Assembly: GCA_949878595.1 (NCBI GenBank)
Contig: CATLBG010000003.1
Span: 1-39,246, forward strand
Source of the DNA: an uncultured Clostridia bacterium
Lineage (GTDB): Bacteria > Bacillota > Clostridia > Christensenellales > UBA1242
Direction: 5' to 3'
Length of the DNA stretch: 39,246 bases
Shown: positions 19,201 to 27,690 of the stretch, piece after piece
How the letters are laid out: every line of letters begins with the position of its first letter
Position numbering within the stretch: position 1 is the first letter of the stretch
Position numbers and translations under genes: made by a program
Notes under the pieces: generated by a model
Told to the model about the DNA's origin: nothing
The model's database searches: none
The model's input: only the letters and a program-made list of their open reading frames with translations

Positions 19201-19719
19201 TACTCTAACACTGGTGGACAAGCCTCTAAAGCCACACCAAAAGGAAGCGTTGCTAAATTTGCAGCTGCTGGAAAAAAGACTCAAAAGAAAAATCTTGGTG
19301 CTATGGCAAGACAATATCCTGGTGTTTATGTAGCTCAAATTGCACTTGGTGCAAATCCTGCTCAAGCAATTAATGCACTAAAAGAAGCTAAAGAAAACAA
19401 AGGACCTTCTATTGTTATCTGTTATTGCCCTTGCATTAACCATGGCAGTGATATGAGCAATTCTCAAGCTCAAGAAAAACTTGCAGTTGAATCTGGCTAC
19501 TGGCCAATTTATAGATATAACCCAGTAACAGACAAACTTACATACGACGCAAAAATGCCAAGTAAGGAATATGAAGATTTCACTCAAACACAATCAAGAT
19601 ATTTCACACTAGCAAAAACTAGCAAAGAAAGGGCTGAAGAATTAATTAGCAGTGCTAAAGAGCATGCTAAAGGCGTTATTGAAAGCCTTAGTGAAGAAGC
19701 TAACAAGGAAACCAAATAA
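16222..19719 (+). CDS. nifJ: pyruvate:ferredoxin/flavodoxin oxidoreductase
   Basis: YPITPSS, MQSEGGAAG, two CxxCxxCxxxCP clusters, GACAGCGE, GGDGWAYDI; SD GGAGA before ATG 16222; promoter TTGACT-17-TATAAT at 16156-16184. Confidence 0.97.
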   Translation: MKNEKHVTIDGNTAAASMAYLLSDLAMIYPITPSSPMAENIDAWAAKGKKNIFGKIVEVTEMQSEGGAAGALHGALTAGARATTFTSSQGLLLMIPNMYKIAGELLPCVIHVAARTIATHALSIFGDHSDIMAVRQTGFAMAASSSVQEAQDMALATHLATNIAKIPFIHFFDGFRTSHEVNTITEISESDVKALANKYGNIYERINEFTPSNPIQKGTNQGEDIFFQNREAGNKWTEAVPEIFENVLADITKITGRKYKLFEYYGAKDATNVIVIMGSGADTTIQTVEKLAALGEKVGVIKVRLYRPFDSARFVKVLPKTVKTITILDRTKENGATFEPLAEDVISALADQDVSGIKVLGGRYGLSSKEFTHDNVISVFENMKIKKPKNHFTIGINDDVTFTSLPENKRKIDFSDKNMVECRFYGLGSDGTVSANKNSIKIISEYAGLYGQGYFVYDSKKSGGLTTSHLRMSKKPINAPYLTECPDFVACHNKSYVKKYDMLSEIKQGGTFLLNAPWTDAELENELPASMKKFIADKKLKFYIIDAEKIAEEVGLNRRINVVMQTAFFKLSKILDEKTAIAHIKTAAEKTYASKGEKVVQMNINAIDKSIGELREVSYPESWSDAVAEPTFNAFDDPYYVNYIHPIELKLGNELPVSAFDPSGSSHTATSQYEKRNIASFLPKWIAENCIQCNQCSLVCPHAVIRPYLVKSDSSLAKQVGAIPATGVPGYSFKIQISPRDCTGCENCVKVCPAIKKALEMVKAEEILDKEDKLYAKLKNVENPETIFKKETVKGSQFKKPLFEFSGACAGCGETPYLKLLTQLFGEEMIVANATGCSSIYSGTAPTCPYTKSKTGFGPAWSNSLFEDNAEFGLGMKKAVDNNRAHLNEIVEFAIANKVYSPKFTEKLETWLAQEKKDQLLATEIKKEILKLFEKDKTNETTKALYGYVAALFETSVWIIGGDGWAYDIDYGGLDHVLATGEDVNILVLDTEVYSNTGGQASKATPKGSVAKFAAAGKKTQKKNLGAMARQYPGVYVAQIALGANPAQAINALKEAKENKGPSIVICYCPCINHGSDMSNSQAQEKLAVESGYWPIYRYNPVTDKLTYDAKMPSKEYEDFTQTQSRYFTLAKTSKERAEELISSAKEHAKGVIESLSEEANKETK

Positions 19720-19731
19720 AACATACAAAAC

Positions 19732-19765
19732 AAAAAATATAGCTTGAGTTCAAGCTATATTTTTT
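19732..19765. terminator. bidirectional terminator
   Basis: AAAAAATATAGCTTGA-GT-TCAAGCTATATTTTTT. Confidence 0.85.
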
Positions 19766-20558
19766 ATTTGTCTTTTTCTTCAGATTGAAGCTCGGATAGT
19801 TTGTCTATTTCATATAATTTTGCAATCTCTGCAAAATGTTTACTAAAATGTTTAATATGCTCATCAGCATTTTCAAAAAACATTTCTTCTTCATCTTTTA
19901 AGACTCCATTGATTCTTGCAAAGAAACTTTTCATCTCGCTTGGACTATTAATATTTAAATAGCCTAGCTTTGAATTAATATTTTCTGTATTATAGCCACT
20001 ATTTGCAAACTCATAAACATCTAAAGGAAATCTTTTTATCATTGCAAGCCTTTCAGCAACTGAAATAGCCAAGAATCTTTCAGAGTGAGTTGGAAAACTT
20101 GCAATTAAAAAATCTATATAGTCATTAACATAATTTTCATCTTCGTTATTAATATTTTCAAGGTAAATTTTATTTAATTTAGCACACTCATATTTATATT
20201 CAGCATTATCATCAACTTTAACACCATAAGGTGTGAAAACAAATTCTTGACTTTTTATTTCCTCTTCTAAACCATTTCCTTCAGTTAGCACAGCAAAAAT
20301 CTTGCCTCTCTGTGGCTGACTATAAATGAGCTCTGGATTATTGAACTTTTTATTGTTAATTCCAAATTTTGAAAAATATAGTGAAGATTCATTTAAAGTT
20401 CTTAAAACATCATCAATTTTAACTTCTCTTCTACTTAAGACCTCTTCATAAATTTCACTCATTGGCAATAACTTTTCTCGGTCTGTTTGCTTGATTGGAG
20501 TTTCAACAAAGGTAATATCTTTTAGAGTAAATTGTTGGTCATTATTATAGTTATTCAT
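19764..20558 (-). CDS. hypothetical protein (start uncertain: ATG 20558 or TTG 20624)
   Basis: Long ORF; AAGGAAG precedes ATG 20558; no motif recognised. Confidence 0.6.
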   Translation of the reverse strand: MNNYNNDQQFTLKDITFVETPIKQTDREKLLPMSEIYEEVLSRREVKIDDVLRTLNESSLYFSKFGINNKKFNNPELIYSQPQRGKIFAVLTEGNGLEEEIKSQEFVFTPYGVKVDDNAEYKYECAKLNKIYLENINNEDENYVNDYIDFLIASFPTHSERFLAISVAERLAMIKRFPLDVYEFANSGYNTENINSKLGYLNINSPSEMKSFFARINGVLKDEEEMFFENADEHIKHFSKHFAEIAKLYEIDKLSELQSEEKDK

Positions 20559-20705
20559 AATTTCTTCCTTACTTAAATTTCTAAAGAAATTATAATACCT
20601 AAGCTTGTTTAAGTCAATACCCAAAATAATTTCACAGAACTTGCAAAATTATATTTTTTCTTGACTATCTTCTATATTTGTTTTAAAATGAAATAGAGGT
20701 AATTT

Positions 20706-21257
20706 ATGAGCGGAAAAGTTGAACTTTTAGAAGTTTTAGATGAAAATGGTGTTGGAACTGGCAGACCTGAAACCAGAGATAACGTGCACAAAGACGGTCT
20801 TTGGCACAGAGCTATTATTGTTGCGATTATAAATAATAACAATGAGATTTTAATTCAAAAAAGAGCTAAGATAAAAGAAAAATTTCCAGGACTTTGGGAT
20901 ATTTCTGTTGCAGGACATGTTCCTTTTGGTCATGACTCAGTTTCTTGTGCTGCAAGTGAAACAATGGAAGAAATTGGTTATATGCTTCCTAAGGTGGTTC
21001 AACTTAAAGACTTTAGATTTATGACAAGCTTTAGAAATCAACTCCCTGTTTCTGAAAGCTTTAAAGAAAATCAATATTATGACTTTTTTGTGTATAATGC
21101 AGATATTGATATTTCTAGAATCAACATTCAAGTTGAAGAAGTTGAAGAAGTTAAATTTGTAACAGCATATGAACTTAAAACTATGGTGGAAAAAGGATTA
21201 TTTCACCCAAGAACAGAATGGGTTAATGTTTTATATAACTATATTACAAAATTTTAA
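20706..21257 (+). CDS. NUDIX hydrolase (Idi/YfcD-like)
   Basis: VHKDGLWHRA, ILIQKR, FPGLWD..AGH and a variant Nudix box SETMEEIG. Confidence 0.85.
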   Translation: MSGKVELLEVLDENGVGTGRPETRDNVHKDGLWHRAIIVAIINNNNEILIQKRAKIKEKFPGLWDISVAGHVPFGHDSVSCAASETMEEIGYMLPKVVQLKDFRFMTSFRNQLPVSESFKENQYYDFFVYNADIDISRINIQVEEVEEVKFVTAYELKTMVEKGLFHPRTEWVNVLYNYITKF

Positions 21258-21258
21258 T

Positions 21259-21287
21259 AAAAAACTACGGATAGCCGTAGTTTTTTT
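21259..21287. terminator. bidirectional terminator
   Basis: AAAAAACTACGG-ATAG-CCGTAGTTTTTTT. Confidence 0.85.
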
Positions 21288-21335
21288 ATAGTTAAGATTC
21301 TCGCGTCACACCAAAGATGATAATTATTTAAGCGT

Positions 21336-21932
21336 TTAGAGACGAAGTTTCTCTGGAAGAATGATATCACAATATCCTTGTTTTGCTCCACATAATGGAC
21401 AAGTTTCCCAGGCTTCTTTTGAATAGCTTACATGCCCACAACTTGGGCAAACCCATGTAACCTCTTTTGCTTTTTTGTAGAGCTTTTTATCTTTAAACTG
21501 ACTATGCAGTTCTTTAAACACATCAGCATGCCTGATTTCTACATCATGAATCATTTTGAAAATCTCAGCGATTTCATCAAACCCCTCTTCCCTTGCAATT
21601 TTTTCAAACTCTATGTAAACTTTTGCCTCGTCTAATTCATCACTTGCAAGTAGTTTTAAATTTTCTTCTAAATCCCACTTTTCTTTAAATGGAAGACTAG
21701 CCTCTATATTAATATTATCAATTTGTGGCATTTCGGCATCTTGAAGCTTGGCATAGAGAACCCTTGCATGGTTAAACTCTTGATAAGCAATCTTGTCAAT
21801 TAGTGTTGCAATTGCTTCATATCCATTATATCTAAAGCCATATTCACAAAATTCATACCTCGTTCTTGCGGAACACTCTGATGCATAGGCAATTGCCAAA
21901 TTTTTAAATGTTTTACTGTCCTTTAATTTCAT
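21336..21932 (-). CDS. rbr: rubrerythrin family protein
   Basis: EFNHA and EIRHA di-iron motifs; C-terminal CPSCG...CPLCG; SD GGAGG before ATG 21932. Confidence 0.9.
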   Translation of the reverse strand: MKLKDSKTFKNLAIAYASECSARTRYEFCEYGFRYNGYEAIATLIDKIAYQEFNHARVLYAKLQDAEMPQIDNINIEASLPFKEKWDLEENLKLLASDELDEAKVYIEFEKIAREEGFDEIAEIFKMIHDVEIRHADVFKELHSQFKDKKLYKKAKEVTWVCPSCGHVSYSKEAWETCPLCGAKQGYCDIILPEKLRL

Positions 21933-21950
21933 ATTATCCTCCATAGAAAG

Positions 21951-21979
21951 ATATTTGACAAAAATCTAAAATAATATGC
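21951..21979 (-). promoter_or_regulatory. possible forespore sigmaF/G-type promoter
   Basis: GCATA-15 nt-GTCAAATAT directly upstream of the rubrerythrin SD. Confidence 0.4.
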
Positions 21980-22000
21980 AATGTAAAAAATAAATTCTAT

Positions 22001-22029
22001 AAAAAACGCCATCTAAATTAGATGGCGTT
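22001..22029 (-). terminator. intrinsic terminator
   Basis: AACGCCATCTAA/TTAGATGGCGTT stem with T tract on the minus strand. Confidence 0.8.
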
Positions 22030-22034
22030 ATAAA

Positions 22035-22679
22035 TTAAATTTTTTGTTTAATAATTATCCTTTTCAAATTTTCTGGATATTCTAAGCCGGTTTCATATGG
22101 GTAAACATTGTTTTTTAAATCATCTAGCATTTCTTCAATTCCTACTTTTGTATCAAATCTTTTTGCAATGCCGTTGCAAAATTCATCTTTTAAACTAAAC
22201 TTGGCATAGTTGAAAAGCTGATCAACAATTTTGCTTTCTGAAGAAGATAACTCCGTTTCACCAACCTCTATGCTCGCTCTCCCTCCCATATCAAAAATAG
22301 GCTTACTAAATTTGAATGCACCAGTTTTTGATGTTAAGAGAATATGTTTTCTTGTAACATCATAAAAGTCACCAGAATATTCACCATCACAATCTGGAGC
22401 AGCTCTAAATAATGTTGGAGCAATTCTTGTGTCTATTGGAAGCTCAATAACTGATAAACCAAGGTCTTCTTTGAATACTCCAATAATTATGTGGGTTACC
22501 AAAATTTCGCCGGTATCTTGTTTTATGTCATTTGCTGAATAACCATAAAAATGATTATCTTCAAATAGCTTTGCCTTGCCGTACCAACAACCTTCAGTAT
22601 AATCTGGTATGTAATTTAAATTATCTCCAAGTTTCCACTCACAATATAATTCTATTGGCTTAAATTTTTTGCTTTTCAT
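22035..22679 (-). CDS. hypothetical protein
   Basis: 214-aa ORF, SD AGGGGG, own terminator. Confidence 0.65.
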   Translation of the reverse strand: MKSKKFKPIELYCEWKLGDNLNYIPDYTEGCWYGKAKLFEDNHFYGYSANDIKQDTGEILVTHIIIGVFKEDLGLSVIELPIDTRIAPTLFRAAPDCDGEYSGDFYDVTRKHILLTSKTGAFKFSKPIFDMGGRASIEVGETELSSSESKIVDQLFNYAKFSLKDEFCNGIAKRFDTKVGIEEMLDDLKNNVYPYETGLEYPENLKRIIIKQKI

Positions 22680-22706
22680 GATTTGACGCCCCCTATAAAT
22701 TTTTAC

Positions 22707-22772
22707 AAAAAAAGGAAGATTTCCTCTCCCTCCTTAACAATCCACCCACGCCCCTTAGCTGGTTTTATTATA
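22707..22772 (-). ncRNA. candidate small RNA or leader unit, copy 2
   Basis: TGtTATAAT (hexamer at 22767-22772); core GGGGCGTGGGTGGATTGTTAAGGAGGG; terminator GGGAGA-GGAAA-TCTTCC-T7. Confidence 0.45.
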
Positions 22773-22812
22773 ACATGGCAAATTAGTTTTTGCATGAAGG
22801 TGTGACAATTTT

Positions 22813-23037
22813 TTAATCTTCTTTGATTTTTCCTTTAAGATATTTTGAAACCGCTAAACTTCTTTTTGCTTCAGCTGCTTCACTGAGTAAAGTATATGCT
22901 TTGTTTTCTGCAGTATTTTTATCGTTGCCCTCTGCAATATATTTTACAACTAAATCTGCATATGTAAAAAACAAATCTTTGACATCTATATCTTCATCTA
23001 ACAATTGAAATAAATCATTATTATTTGACTTTGTCAT
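22813..23037 (-). CDS. small hypothetical protein
   Basis: SD GGGAGG; promoter TTGAAA-17-TATAAT at 23107-23079. Confidence 0.65.
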   Translation of the reverse strand: MTKSNNNDLFQLLDEDIDVKDLFFTYADLVVKYIAEGNDKNTAENKAYTLLSEAAEAKRSLAVSKYLKGKIKED

Positions 23038-23140
23038 AAAGGCCTCCCTGATATTTTTATATTTTTTGTAATATAATAATTATAGCACTTGAAAATAAGA
23101 GTTTCAAGTGCTATTTTAAATTTTTTTAAATTATTTTTTA

Positions 23141-23185
23141 GTATTATGTGTTACATAATACCGCATATTTTCAGCGATTATGAGG
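23141..23185 (+). repeat. dispersed intergenic element, copy A
   Basis: GTATTATGTGTTACATAATACCGCATATTTTCAGCGATTATGAGG aligns without gaps to 31968 and 37199. Confidence 0.65.
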
Positions 23186-23199
23186 TTTTGAACATAACA

Positions 23200-23439
23200 T
23201 TACATACCCATGGCTTGTTCTTCTTGAATCTGCTCGCTAGCGGCTGCAAGCTTTTTCCTTTTTGCTTCTTCAAGTTTTGCCTTTTGTGCTCTGCACTTTT
23301 CATTTTGTATGGCAAGAAGTTTGTTGTTTGCCTCTATCATTTCTCTTAATTTTCGCTCGGCTGGACTATTGTATATTCTTAAATCTTCTGCTTTGCTGAT
23401 TTCACGAATAATAAAATCTGCATCATAATATTGTTTCAT
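23200..23439 (-). CDS. small helical hypothetical protein
   Basis: SD AAGGAGG before ATG 23439. Confidence 0.65.
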   Translation of the reverse strand: MKQYYDADFIIREISKAEDLRIYNSPAERKLREMIEANNKLLAIQNEKCRAQKAKLEEAKRKKLAAASEQIQEEQAMGM

Positions 23440-23530
23440 ATGTGTGCCCTCCTTGCTTTTTATTAATTTAATTATAACAGGGATAAAATATTTACACAAC
23501 CAAATTTTTGTTAGTAATTAAAACAAAAAC

Positions 23531-24055
23531 TTAATTCATATTATAAATCTTTTTTATATCACCAATAGTCTTAAATAAAACCTCCATTAATGTTAGGCCT
23601 GAAATTTGAATTGAACAGTCACACGCACTTTTTAAAATTTGATGCATCTGAAAAAGCTGTTCTTTGCTATATAAATTTAACTTGCTCAGCTCTGGACTTA
23701 AATTCTTTTTATTTAAAAAATTTTCCTCTGCTTCTGGTGTATCATATAAAAACACTGAAACATAGTCCTTTGAAATATTGTCAAAACATTCTTTGCATGT
23801 GTCTGCCATTGATATATCTGCAATTAAAACCACATTTTCATAGTCTGAACTATATTTAACAATTTTTCCAAGTTGGGCTTTTACATAGGTTGCTCCCCTT
23901 TCATATATCATTTGACTTATGTTTCGTGGAGCAAAGTCGAACTCAAAAAGCTCTATAGAATTTAAAACTCGCATGGAAAAAAAGTCGGCTAATTTTTCTG
24001 CGACTTTCTTTGATATATCATAGTCATAACTAACTAACAATATATTTTGTTTCAT
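23531..24055 (-). CDS. shikimate-kinase-fold protein without a P-loop
   Basis: NILLV...KKVAEKLA...ISQMIYERGATY follows the AroK N-terminal pattern, but SYDYDISK replaces GxxGxGKS. Confidence 0.55.
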   Translation of the reverse strand: MKQNILLVSYDYDISKKVAEKLADFFSMRVLNSIELFEFDFAPRNISQMIYERGATYVKAQLGKIVKYSSDYENVVLIADISMADTCKECFDNISKDYVSVFLYDTPEAEENFLNKKNLSPELSKLNLYSKEQLFQMHQILKSACDCSIQISGLTLMEVLFKTIGDIKKIYNMN

Positions 24056-24065
24056 GCATATACCT

Positions 24066-24401
24066 CTATATGTTTTTTACCTTTGCAAGCACACCTTCAA
24101 GTTTTGTGTTGAATTCATCTTGCTCTATTTGCTCATATTGCTTTGAAAGTGACCTATTTAAATTTATATCTTTTTCATTTATCTTTTCTATGGTTTTTTG
24201 TCCATCTGATATCTCATCGCTAACATCATCAATAACTTTTGTTAAAACAAAATCACCATAGATTTTTCTTAGATAAACTTCTATCTCTAAGTCTTGTTCA
24301 CTAAGACCAATACTATATAAATCTTCTAAAACAATTTCACTATTCTTTATTTCTAAAGAATACTCACTCTCATAATTTTTTAATGAATTTATTTTTTCCA
24401 T
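24066..24401 (-). CDS. acidic hypothetical protein
   Basis: 111-aa ORF in a tight operon, SD AGAGGA. Confidence 0.6.
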   Translation of the reverse strand: MEKINSLKNYESEYSLEIKNSEIVLEDLYSIGLSEQDLEIEVYLRKIYGDFVLTKVIDDVSDEISDGQKTIEKINEKDINLNRSLSKQYEQIEQDEFNTKLEGVLAKVKNI

Positions 24402-24416
24402 TATTATTCCTCTGAT

Positions 24417-25361
24417 TTAACTTCCTAAACTTGCAAGAAATGCATCTATTTCTGCATCTATATCTATGTCAGTTGAATCATCTGATTTTTTTGTGTCAAC
24501 AGACTTTTTAAAGTATTCTTCTGGAAGAAGTCTTGAACTTTCATCACAAATAAGTTTACTGGAAATTTCTGCTGATTGGTCTGCATTTTGTGAAACTAAA
24601 TATTGTTTAATTTTAACCTTAAACAAATTTCTCACGCCTGCCATATAATCTTCAAAACTATTAGAAATTTCGTATGTGAAGCAAAGAAACTCTCCAAGGC
24701 TATCATTTATTTCGGTTAATGTTTTAACTTTTATTTCTTCAAAAACATAACTTGCAAGAGCCTTTAGCATATTTATTCTAAAGCTTGAGTTGAATAGCAA
24801 TTTTGCTGGAAGTTCTTTTAGATATTTTGGAAAACAATAGATAAGCTTATTTAAATCTTCATAGCTCAATGTTTTGATAATGTCTAAATTATTTGAATTT
24901 GATAGGTCTATTTCACCATTAGATAATAACAATAGTTTGCCATTTAGGTTTAATAGCTGCTGCTCATTTTCACTTAGTCCAAGGGACTTGGTGCTAACTT
25001 CTATATCACTGTTTTTAACTTCAAAAAGTGCTGGTTTTATTGATTCGCTTATTATATCCTCATCTAAATCTATTTCTTTGCTGATTACTGAGAGTCTATC
25101 TTTATTTCTTTGAAGAAGTTTTGATACCCTATCTTTCTTTATTAAAACATTTAAAAGTTCATTCCTCAACTTTTGAGTTTCAGTAAAAAAAGTATTTATC
25201 TCAATTTCTTTCTCTGATTGCTGCAATTTTTCTTCTAAACTATAAAGTTTTTCTGACAAAGATTCACTTCGCTTATTTAAATTTTGCATGACAAATGTTA
25301 GTTTTTCTATCAAAACTTTTGCAAGTGCACCATATTTTTTTAGTTCTTGAATTTCTAACAT
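24417..25361 (-). CDS. hypothetical protein with N-terminal coiled coil
   Basis: 314-aa ORF; first gene of a three-gene operon; upstream TTGACA...TATATT. Confidence 0.65.
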   Translation of the reverse strand: MLEIQELKKYGALAKVLIEKLTFVMQNLNKRSESLSEKLYSLEEKLQQSEKEIEINTFFTETQKLRNELLNVLIKKDRVSKLLQRNKDRLSVISKEIDLDEDIISESIKPALFEVKNSDIEVSTKSLGLSENEQQLLNLNGKLLLLSNGEIDLSNSNNLDIIKTLSYEDLNKLIYCFPKYLKELPAKLLFNSSFRINMLKALASYVFEEIKVKTLTEINDSLGEFLCFTYEISNSFEDYMAGVRNLFKVKIKQYLVSQNADQSAEISSKLICDESSRLLPEEYFKKSVDTKKSDDSTDIDIDAEIDAFLASLGS

Positions 25362-25425
25362 TTATTTTTTCCTATAAATCAAATATAATTGTTTTTGATA
25401 TCTATGTCAACAATATTGCCCTTTT

Positions 25426-26739
25426 CTAGTTTGTCTTAATCTTTTGTTTTTTAATTGGCTTTATGAAAATAACAAAAGTTTCTATGAATATAAATATTAT
25501 ACTTCCTAAAAGATACCACGAAATCCTTATGCTGTTTGCCTCTGAAGCTTTGCTTAAAACATATTTAAGATTCTCATCTGATTCGCCAAAAACAATATTT
25601 CCAAAGACAGCAGTTGAAAGAATAGGATCGGATTCAGATTTATATTTTTTTGCACTCTCTATTGCATTTTCACTTGGGTGATCATATGTATTGTTTTCAC
25701 CCACAGAAACTACAACAAATTTTGGAGTGATGAGCGACATTAACATTTCACTTGAACTATATGCACTGCCATGATGACCCATTAGATAAACTGAAACATT
25801 TGAAAGCTTTTGTTTTTCTTCTATTGTTAAACTATTTATAAAGTCTTGCTCAGCATAACCACTTGTTGGAATCTCATTTTCTGAACTAGATGAAAATGAT
25901 GCATCTCCTGTGAAGAAAAAAGTTTCATCAAATATAGTAATGGAAAATATTGCTGAATTTCCATTTGAATTAGTGGTTCCATAACCCATTGTTGCAAAAC
26001 CATAAGTATCTGAATAGTTTGATAGATCATAAACTTTATCTCTTACAAGTGGAGCATAAAATTCTAATTCATAATCTTGACCATAAATTTTTAAACCATC
26101 ATAAAAAACTGTAACTTTACTTTGATTAGTGATGTTATTTTCTGTGTATGTTTCAGAATAAATGCTATCAATGAAATTTTTATAAATATTAGTTGTTATT
26201 CTTGAAACTTTATTTCTATTCCCTTCTTCACTAACAATTACATTATAAACCTCTGCAAGATCCTCGTTTTCATGAGGAACAAAGCTATCTGAGTTTGAAC
26301 CTATGCCTGCAATTTGAAATGGTCTATAAATGTTTTTTACCTCAAAATTTTCAAGCACATAGCCAAGCCCACCAATGTGATCTGCATCTGCATGAGTTCC
26401 TATCATATAATCAATTTTATCTATGCCTCTTGATTGAATATAGTCTGAAACAATTTTGCCAGAACTAACGTTTCCACCATCAATAAGAATTGTTTTATCA
26501 TCTGGAAGCTGAACCAAACATGAATTTCCCTGACCAACATCAATATATTCCACAAGATATTTTGAACTATTTAGTAAGTTATAATTTGTTTGATTTTTAT
26601 TGTAGGAAGAATTTAAGCTAAGTGCATTCTCTATTTGGCTAGAAAAGAAAAAAGATAAAATTAGTAGCAACAAAAATGTTATAGTGACTACTAATTTTAT
26701 CTGGAATTCTTTTGTATCTATAAATTTTTTAAATTTCAT
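25426..26739 (-). CDS. ComEC/Rec2-type metallo-beta-lactamase-fold hydrolase with N- and C-terminal TM helices
   Basis: IDVGQG, LIDGG, THADADHIGG, FTGDA, GHHGS and ENNTYDHP motifs. Confidence 0.88.
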   Translation of the reverse strand: MKFKKFIDTKEFQIKLVVTITFLLLLILSFFFSSQIENALSLNSSYNKNQTNYNLLNSSKYLVEYIDVGQGNSCLVQLPDDKTILIDGGNVSSGKIVSDYIQSRGIDKIDYMIGTHADADHIGGLGYVLENFEVKNIYRPFQIAGIGSNSDSFVPHENEDLAEVYNVIVSEEGNRNKVSRITTNIYKNFIDSIYSETYTENNITNQSKVTVFYDGLKIYGQDYELEFYAPLVRDKVYDLSNYSDTYGFATMGYGTTNSNGNSAIFSITIFDETFFFTGDASFSSSSENEIPTSGYAEQDFINSLTIEEKQKLSNVSVYLMGHHGSAYSSSEMLMSLITPKFVVVSVGENNTYDHPSENAIESAKKYKSESDPILSTAVFGNIVFGESDENLKYVLSKASEANSIRISWYLLGSIIFIFIETFVIFIKPIKKQKIKTN

Positions 26740-27592
26740 TTTTCATAAAGTATTTATTTATTTTTTTTGGATTTAATCCAAGAATTTTTTCTATTTTGTC
26801 ACGATTTGCCATTACGGTATCATAACCAATTTTAATCATTTGTTCGGCACCTTCGGTTTTAAGTGGAGAAAATGATTCTAGAGCAGGTTCGAAAATCAAA
26901 TCTGCTTGTGCCATTGTTTGATCTACTTTTGCCTGCATCATTATACCAATTGTTGAGGATAAAACACTTATTGTTGAAAGTGAACTGGTTCCTGTTCCCC
27001 TCAAATGATTGACATCTACTGCAAAAACTACATTTGCACCCATTTTTTTGACAACGTCAACAGGCACATTGTTTCTAAGACCTCCATCAACCAAATTCAT
27101 ATTTTCATATTCAACAGGAGTTAGAATTCCTGGAACTGCACAACTTCCAGAAACCACCTTTGCTACGTTTCCATAATCAAAATCAACTTCTTTTCCAGTT
27201 TTTAAATCAGTGCAAACTGCACAAAATGGAATTTTCATTTCTGAAAACACTGTTATATCACCAAATACACTTGTTATTAAATCTTCTAGTCTTTCAGTTT
27301 TTGCTGGCTTTATAAATGGAATCATGCCTTTTATTATATCACTCTTCTTTAAGCCCTTGACAAGTTCTTCTATTCTACTGACAGGTATGCCATAGCTGTA
27401 TAGTGCACCGACAATACTGCCAGCACTTGTGCCAGCAATATAATCAAATTTTACACCAAGCTCATCAAATGCCTTTAGCACCCCAACATGACCAATGCCT
27501 CTTGCTCCGCCACCACCAAGTGCTAAACCTATTTTTACCTTTGAATTTATTTGAATTTTGTCTGTATTATTTTTTCTAAAAAATTTAAACAT
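26729..27592 (-). CDS. patatin-like phospholipase
   Basis: GGGGARG, GTSAG and DGG motifs. Confidence 0.92.
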   Translation of the reverse strand: MFKFFRKNNTDKIQINSKVKIGLALGGGGARGIGHVGVLKAFDELGVKFDYIAGTSAGSIVGALYSYGIPVSRIEELVKGLKKSDIIKGMIPFIKPAKTERLEDLITSVFGDITVFSEMKIPFCAVCTDLKTGKEVDFDYGNVAKVVSGSCAVPGILTPVEYENMNLVDGGLRNNVPVDVVKKMGANVVFAVDVNHLRGTGTSSLSTISVLSSTIGIMMQAKVDQTMAQADLIFEPALESFSPLKTEGAEQMIKIGYDTVMANRDKIEKILGLNPKKINKYFMKNEI

Positions 27593-27642
27593 AAACCTCT
27601 TTCCTATTATATTATATCACAAAATTTCATTTTAAGCAAAAT

Positions 27643-27671
27643 AAAAACTCAAAGCATTATGCTTTGAGTTT
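27643..27671. terminator. intrinsic terminator
   Basis: AAACTCAAAGCAT-T-ATGCTTTGAGTTT. Confidence 0.8.
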
Positions 27672-27690
27672 ATTTTTATTTGATTTTAAC

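Noticed and set aside
20920-20980. NUDIX protein as a pseudo-enzyme (GHVPFGH...SETMEEIG)
   Set aside because: Two consensus positions differ, but the metal-binding ExxEE glutamates remain, so loss of activity is not supported
23147-23174. Element copy A as a Xer dif site (TTATGTAAC on the minus strand)
   Set aside because: Only one arm resembles a XerD site, there is no XerC-like arm, and copies B and C change that arm to TTATGCGTC
25426-26739. Full ComEC competence channel
   Set aside because: Only the MBL domain with terminal TM helices is present; the multi-pass competence domain is missing
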